A DNA stretch of 64,000 nt from an uncultured virus (IMG/VR IMGVR_UViG_3300023105_000006) (Duplodnaviria > Heunggongvirae > Uroviricota > Caudoviricetes), in IMG/VR virus record IMGVR_UViG_3300023105_000006, one strand, 5' to 3'. Positions 58,924 through 64,000 of the stretch are shown one piece after another. Under the pieces are notes generated by a model. It saw nothing but the letters and a program-made list of their open reading frames with translations, was not told where the DNA came from and ran no database searches. How positions within the stretch are numbered: position 1 is the stretch's first letter; the number at the start of each line of letters is the position of its first letter. A program made the position numbers and the translations under genes.

Positions 58924-61131
58924 TTACCCAAATACAATTGCCATAGCAATAGCTTTAGCTGCTGATGTAGTACCTGCCGGCCCTGTGGCACCTTTAGAAC
59001 CTGTATATCCTCTAGGGCCTGTAGGCCCAGCACTGCCGTTGGTTCCGTTTGAACCTTTAGATCCTGTATAACCTCTAGGGCCTTGAGGACCACCAGGACC
59101 CGCTGGGCCTCCAGGACCCGTATTACCTTTAGAGCCCGTATAACCTCTAGGACCAGTACCGCCACCTGGTCCAGCTGGACCTCCAGGACCTGTATCACCT
59201 TTAGAGCCCGTATAACCTCTAGGACCCGCTGGACCTCCAGGACCCGCTGGACCTCCAGGACCCGTATTACCCTGAGAACCTGTATATCCTCTAGGACCTC
59301 CAGGACCCGTATTACCTTTAGAGCCCGTATAACCTCTAGGGCCTTGAGGACCAGTACCGCCACCTGGTCCTGTTGCACCTCTAGATCCTGTATAACCTCT
59401 AGGGCCTTGAGGACCTCCAGGACCACCAGGACCTTGAATACCTTGAGAACCTGTATATCCTCTAGGACCTTGTGCACCTCCTGGGCCTCCAGCTCCCGTA
59501 TCACCTTTAGAACCAGTATAACCTCTTACCCCTTGAGATCCAGTATAGCCAGCAAATTGCCCTGCGTCGATCCATGCAGAACCATCCCAAACATATAGAT
59601 TACCATTAGCTGTAACAATGTAAGCATCACCTGCTGTGTTGCCAGAACTTGGTAGATTACCTGTTGTAGCAACAGACCCTTGAATTGCAATCGATGTACC
59701 GTCTGAGCCTCTTGATCCTGTATAACCAATAACACCTTGAGAACCTGTGTAGCCTCTTACACCTTGTATACCTTGAGATCCTGTATATCCCCGAAGACCT
59801 TGTATACCTTGAGAACCAGTATAGCCGATAGGTCCCTGAATACCTTGATCGCCCTTAGATCCTGTATAACCAATATCTCCCTGAGATCCAGTATAACCAA
59901 TAACACCCTGAGATCCAGTATAACCTGTATCACCTAAAGGACCCTGAGGACCCTGAATACCCTGAGATCCTGTATAACCTTTAGCTCCATTTGTGGTAAA
60001 CCAAGCAGTTGCAATTACTGCACCCGAACCAGTAGAAGATGTTTCGCATCGTATAGAAATTTCATCATCTGCGTTTATTGATACGTTTAAATTTGATATT
60101 CTTACATCATTATTACCAAAGCCAACTTGGGCCTGTGCAATAGCAGCACCACCTCTTCTTACAGAAATGTTCATAGGAGTTGTTACAGCATTTTGGGTTG
60201 TAACTGTGATAGCTTCAAGAACCATATCTTCTGGTATTTTTACACCATAGATATTACCAGTAGCACCGTTACCAAATGAGAATTGATCTCCAGAAGCAGG
60301 AGTTGCTGACTTTTCACCGACAAGCCCGAATATACCTCCTCCAGAACCACTAATACCTGGCACACCTTGGTTACCTTGTGATCCAGTATATCCAATATCT
60401 CCTTTATCACCAACTGATCCAGAATAACCTAACGATCCAGAATATCCTCTGAGACCTTGTGAACCTGTAAACCCTTGATCACCTTGTGAGCCCACAAAGC
60501 CTGAATTACCTCTATGGGTATAAGATAAAATAGTGTCTTCATTTGCTGAGAATACAGCTGTACCTCCAAGGTATGTAACATCAAACAACATTACACTATT
60601 AGAGAAAGTACTATTTCCAGTAACTCTATAAAGTAAAAAGTCAGATGAGTTAGCATCTGCAGATCTTATCATTAGATAACCACGATCAGTAGTACCCCCA
60701 TAATCGTCAAAGGTATTTAAATAGTTAATATTATCATGACCATCTGAACTTGTTCTGTGAATACCAATCTGAGAGGCAGATGTAAGTGTAGCATTGTTCC
60801 AACGAATAGAACCACTAGCGGCTTGGTTAACAGTTGTTGAACTTGGATCAGCTTCGTATTTTAAGCCCTGAGCAGCTGCAGATCCACCATAACCTCTAGA
60901 ACCTGTAAAACCAATAGATCCTGTAAAACCTACCGAACCAACAAATCCTAGGTTACCTTGAGATCCAGTATAACCCGACCCCTTAGATCCCGTAAAACCT
61001 TGAGATCCAGTATAGCCAATAAATGTAGATGCAACCCAAGATGTAGTATCACTATCATAAAAATATGATATGCTATTAGTACTATATGTATCACCATGTG
61101 ATGGGTTGATTGGAAAATTTAACGCTGCCAT
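58924..61131 (-). CDS. Collagen-like fibre protein with GYTGS repeats
   Basis: Four Gly-X-Y blocks with about 20 GYTGS(Q/K/R) units separated by globular segments; C-terminal [10 protein letters not shown]. Confidence 0.85.
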   Translation of the reverse strand: MAALNFPINPSHGDTYSTNSISYFYDSDTTSWVASTFIGYTGSQGFTGSKGSGYTGSQGNLGFVGSVGFTGSIGFTGSRGYGGSAAAQGLKYEADPSSTTVNQAASGSIRWNNATLTSASQIGIHRTSSDGHDNINYLNTFDDYGGTTDRGYLMIRSADANSSDFLLYRVTGNSTFSNSVMLFDVTYLGGTAVFSANEDTILSYTHRGNSGFVGSQGDQGFTGSQGLRGYSGSLGYSGSVGDKGDIGYTGSQGNQGVPGISGSGGGIFGLVGEKSATPASGDQFSFGNGATGNIYGVKIPEDMVLEAITVTTQNAVTTPMNISVRRGGAAIAQAQVGFGNNDVRISNLNVSINADDEISIRCETSSTGSGAVIATAWFTTNGAKGYTGSQGIQGPQGPLGDTGYTGSQGVIGYTGSQGDIGYTGSKGDQGIQGPIGYTGSQGIQGLRGYTGSQGIQGVRGYTGSQGVIGYTGSRGSDGTSIAIQGSVATTGNLPSSGNTAGDAYIVTANGNLYVWDGSAWIDAGQFAGYTGSQGVRGYTGSKGDTGAGGPGGAQGPRGYTGSQGIQGPGGPGGPQGPRGYTGSRGATGPGGGTGPQGPRGYTGSKGNTGPGGPRGYTGSQGNTGPGGPAGPGGPAGPRGYTGSKGDTGPGGPAGPGGGTGPRGYTGSKGNTGPGGPAGPGGPQGPRGYTGSKGSNGTNGSAGPTGPRGYTGSKGATGPAGTTSAAKAIAMAIVFG
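58960..59990. repeat. Imperfect tandem repeats encoding collagen triplets
   Basis: Recurrent CC(T/C)GTATA(A/T)CC(T)CTAGG and GGACCTCCAGGACC units. Confidence 0.85.
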
Positions 61132-61134
61132 TTA

Positions 61135-64000
61135 TTAACTCCCTGCGGACTTCGCTAAGAACCCTCTTTCGGGGTCGAATTCAACAAACACACCATGTAC
61201 TTCTTTATCCCATGTTGCTTCCGAATATCCTGTTACTAAGAATGTAGATCCATTGTTATCTATGCTATATGAGAAATCAGAAGATCCGGATCCTACTTGA
61301 TATTTAGACCAACCATTAAAGTTGCCAGAACCGTCACTATCAAAATCAAAGATACCTAATCCGATATCCTTTAGACCAAAGGTGTTGGCATCATCAGCAA
61401 AGGCTCCGGCGCTATTGCAGACAACTCCGATTCTTCCGTCTGGTAATCTTGAACTTGGCTTACCATTTTGTTCAATTTCTTCTGAGGTTTCTGATCCAGT
61501 ATTATATCCTTGACTCCAAGTATCAGTTGCATAGTTAAACGTAATAACCCCAATATCTTCAGAACCAAATGTTGCTGAACCATTTACACTACCAAAAGTT
61601 GTATATACAATAGCTAGTGTATTCTCTATGGTGTCGTCAATATCATGTACGTTCATTGCTTTATCATTAAACCCTGAACCGTTTACATAATATTCTCCGC
61701 TCCATGTAGTAGGATTGAATATACCTAAGAAAATATCATATCCACCAATAGTTGTGCCTGGCCCCGCGAGATCACCAGTTGATCTACCTACAACTGCAAT
61801 ATTTCCTGCCTTTGGTGAAATACCGGGTGACACCTGAATATAGAATGGGTGATTATTGCTAGTTGTACTTACACTAAAATTAACTGTATCACCGGTATCC
61901 ATTGTAATGGTTGGATTAAGAGCACTGCTATGAGTAGTAGCTCTATCAGTTCCAGAAATTGCCCAATACAACGCTCCTCCGGTAAATGTTGATGTAACAT
62001 TAAGGTTATAGGTTCCTGTGCCACTTGATTGATCAGTAACAGTGATAATACCATTCATATTAGCATGATTGCCACATTGATAGTAATATGTTCCCGCAGT
62101 ATCGGGAGTCCAGCTAACAACACCGTTTACAGACCCATTATTTGTAACAGGTGGATCTTCAACTAAGTTTGAAGGAGTAGAACCCCTTAATTCTGTAATT
62201 GCATATATTTCTTCATCGTCCGCAGATCCGTTCTGCCAGAATCGAAATTCCTTTGTTGCGATATTAAATTGACCTAACCAATAATCATAAACACCGGAAA
62301 GACCAGTATTAGTCTTTGCCATATTACCAGATATTTGGCCGCCTGTATAATAATATTCATTATCAGAAGATTTAATAACATCGTAAGCAAATATATTACC
62401 ATCGTCCGCGGTCGCATCTCCAACCGTCGACATCTGGTATATTTCAAAGAGTTCATTTGCAGCGTGGATATTATATCCTTTATTTCTTTCTTCTTGATAT
62501 CTTGGTGTGTTTAAAAATTCTTGTAAACCAGACAACTCTACAATGCCAAGAAATCCAGTAAACAAACCATTTGCACCATATGAACCATTATATTCCGTGC
62601 TATAATAAGTTTTATCCAATACACTTGTTGAAATATTGTTTGTATCAATGTTTACAGTAAACATTGTTGGGTCCAATATTTCAGTGGTATTGTTTTGTAA
62701 AACTGTATCATTTATTGCAGTAATGGGATTAGAATCATAATAATAAGCATTTGAAGTTGAATATGATGTATGATATACACCTGTTCCAAATCCAGTTTTC
62801 CATTGTCTAAACATTACAGCATCTCTGCCATAGGAGTGCGAAGTTGAACTTCCACCAAATACAAAGTTTTTACCGAGACGATCCCAAACCATATCTTTAT
62901 TAATAAAGTCCTCGCCCATATGCCCAAGAGTATTTGCAAAATACAATGAGCCATCTGAATCATTTATACCCGCAACAAGTGTATCATTTCTCCAAAGCAT
63001 ACCAAAACTATTAGATGCGTCACTATCAAGATTAAGACCAGTGGCTAACATAATAACACGGTTGTTGCCCATATTGTTATTATGATCAGGCTCATTTAAG
63101 TACCATTCTCTTTGATTGGAATCTTCTGATAGAAGAGTATTAATTTCTTCAACATAAGCTTCATTTCTTAAACTTTGATATTGTTTTTCCCATACAATAT
63201 CCGACACCCATCCATTTGCAGAATCTCTTAAATCATATCTACCAGCAATCGCAAAAGATCTGTGGCCATATGAAGTATAGTTTACAGGAGTTTGTGCTGA
63301 GTCTGCTAATGATATATCTTCTCTTTTACCAGCAACAACAATCCGCCATTGAGCATTATCAGAATCATATCTGGTTAATCTGATATCATTATAACCAGCT
63401 TCAATTGAACGGATCTGAGCATCTGCAACAGATGTACTTGCCCAAGAATGATGTCTTACATAATCAACTAAAGTACTAGAATTAACATTACCAATACCCC
63501 AACTAGGTGCTCTATAATTACCAGTTTTATCAGATCCTGCAAATAAAAACTCACCTGTATTTGGTCTACCTGGTCTTATTCTATTAATATGAAAATCGGC
63601 GTTTGAAAACTGCATAAGTTTAGAAGTCGCAATATCGCCATTAGCAGCATTAATAACTGATAAAATACCAGCTCCCCTAGAGGAGTCATCATTAGTTTCA
63701 TTTGTTAAAAATGTTACAATGTTATCAATTCCATTATTATTTATTACTGCATGGCTTGTAATTTCACTGTAGTTATTGCTTACTCCAAACCGCTTTGACC
63801 AGATTACATTATCTGCTGAATCAAGTCTTGCAAGATAACCATTTTTATACAACGTGCCATTCTTTGTCCATCCTGATACAATATAATCTTTATGATTTGC
63901 GAGTGGGGTTACAGTATGTATTTCATCAGAGTCAAACCCCAATGAAAAATATTTTGCACCAGTATAGTTATAATTCTCATCATAAGTAGCCAAAAACGGT
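61135..64000 (-). CDS. Large virion structural protein, probably 5'-truncated by the window edge
   Basis: Frame open to the right edge (63993 is only a TTG); propeller-like repeats (YDYWLGQF, YDIFLGIF, DIGVITF, DIGLGIF) and a YYYQCGNHANM cupredoxin-like motif. Confidence 0.75.
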   Translation of the reverse strand, partial: PFLATYDENYNYTGAKYFSLGFDSDEIHTVTPLANHKDYIVSGWTKNGTLYKNGYLARLDSADNVIWSKRFGVSNNYSEITSHAVINNNGIDNIVTFLTNETNDDSSRGAGILSVINAANGDIATSKLMQFSNADFHINRIRPGRPNTGEFLFAGSDKTGNYRAPSWGIGNVNSSTLVDYVRHHSWASTSVADAQIRSIEAGYNDIRLTRYDSDNAQWRIVVAGKREDISLADSAQTPVNYTSYGHRSFAIAGRYDLRDSANGWVSDIVWEKQYQSLRNEAYVEEINTLLSEDSNQREWYLNEPDHNNNMGNNRVIMLATGLNLDSDASNSFGMLWRNDTLVAGINDSDGSLYFANTLGHMGEDFINKDMVWDRLGKNFVFGGSSTSHSYGRDAVMFRQWKTGFGTGVYHTSYSTSNAYYYDSNPITAINDTVLQNNTTEILDPTMFTVNIDTNNISTSVLDKTYYSTEYNGSYGANGLFTGFLGIVELSGLQEFLNTPRYQEERNKGYNIHAANELFEIYQMSTVGDATADDGNIFAYDVIKSSDNEYYYTGGQISGNMAKTNTGLSGVYDYWLGQFNIATKEFRFWQNGSADDEEIYAITELRGSTPSNLVEDPPVTNNGSVNGVVSWTPDTAGTYYYQCGNHANMNGIITVTDQSSGTGTYNLNVTSTFTGGALYWAISGTDRATTHSSALNPTITMDTGDTVNFSVSTTSNNHPFYIQVSPGISPKAGNIAVVGRSTGDLAGPGTTIGGYDIFLGIFNPTTWSGEYYVNGSGFNDKAMNVHDIDDTIENTLAIVYTTFGSVNGSATFGSEDIGVITFNYATDTWSQGYNTGSETSEEIEQNGKPSSRLPDGRIGVVCNSAGAFADDANTFGLKDIGLGIFDFDSDGSGNFNGWSKYQVGSGSSDFSYSIDNNGSTFLVTGYSEATWDKEVHGVFVEFDPERGFLAKSAGS

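Noticed and set aside
58920..59598. Alternative-frame ORFs (194 aa minus, 171 aa plus) and a possible CRISPR-like array
   Set aside because: By-products of collagen codon repeats; repeats are in-frame and imperfect, with no unique spacers or cas genes.

Overview
A 64 kb AT-rich segment of a T4-like myovirus genome, almost entirely encoded on the minus strand. The host is probably a marine alphaproteobacterium, inferred from an alphaproteobacterial-type tmRNA, a DUF1127 gene, a ROSE-like element and a small OMP. In transcription order (right to left) it carries: a large virion protein; a GYTGS collagen-like fibre; six tandem divergent paralogues; a 3-domain glycosyltransferase; the T4 neck, packaging, tail and head module (gp13-23, gp3); uvsY/uvsW and gp55; gp47/46 (gp46 frameshifted); gp45/44/62, regA, hsp20 and gp43; an AEP-type primase; sugar-nucleotide enzymes; uvsX, gp41 and thyX; a full 7-deazaguanine DNA-modification locus (queD, queE, folE, dpdA-like, queC, stand-alone Gat) interleaved with three nuclease-like genes; and envelope genes. 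Highlights are a minimal permuted two-piece tmRNA (tag ANDNFAPSGFALAA), a ROSE-like RNA thermometer, a candidate virion-glycosylation system, the paralogue array and a candidate R-loop origin. All calls come from motif recognition by eye; no searches were run.
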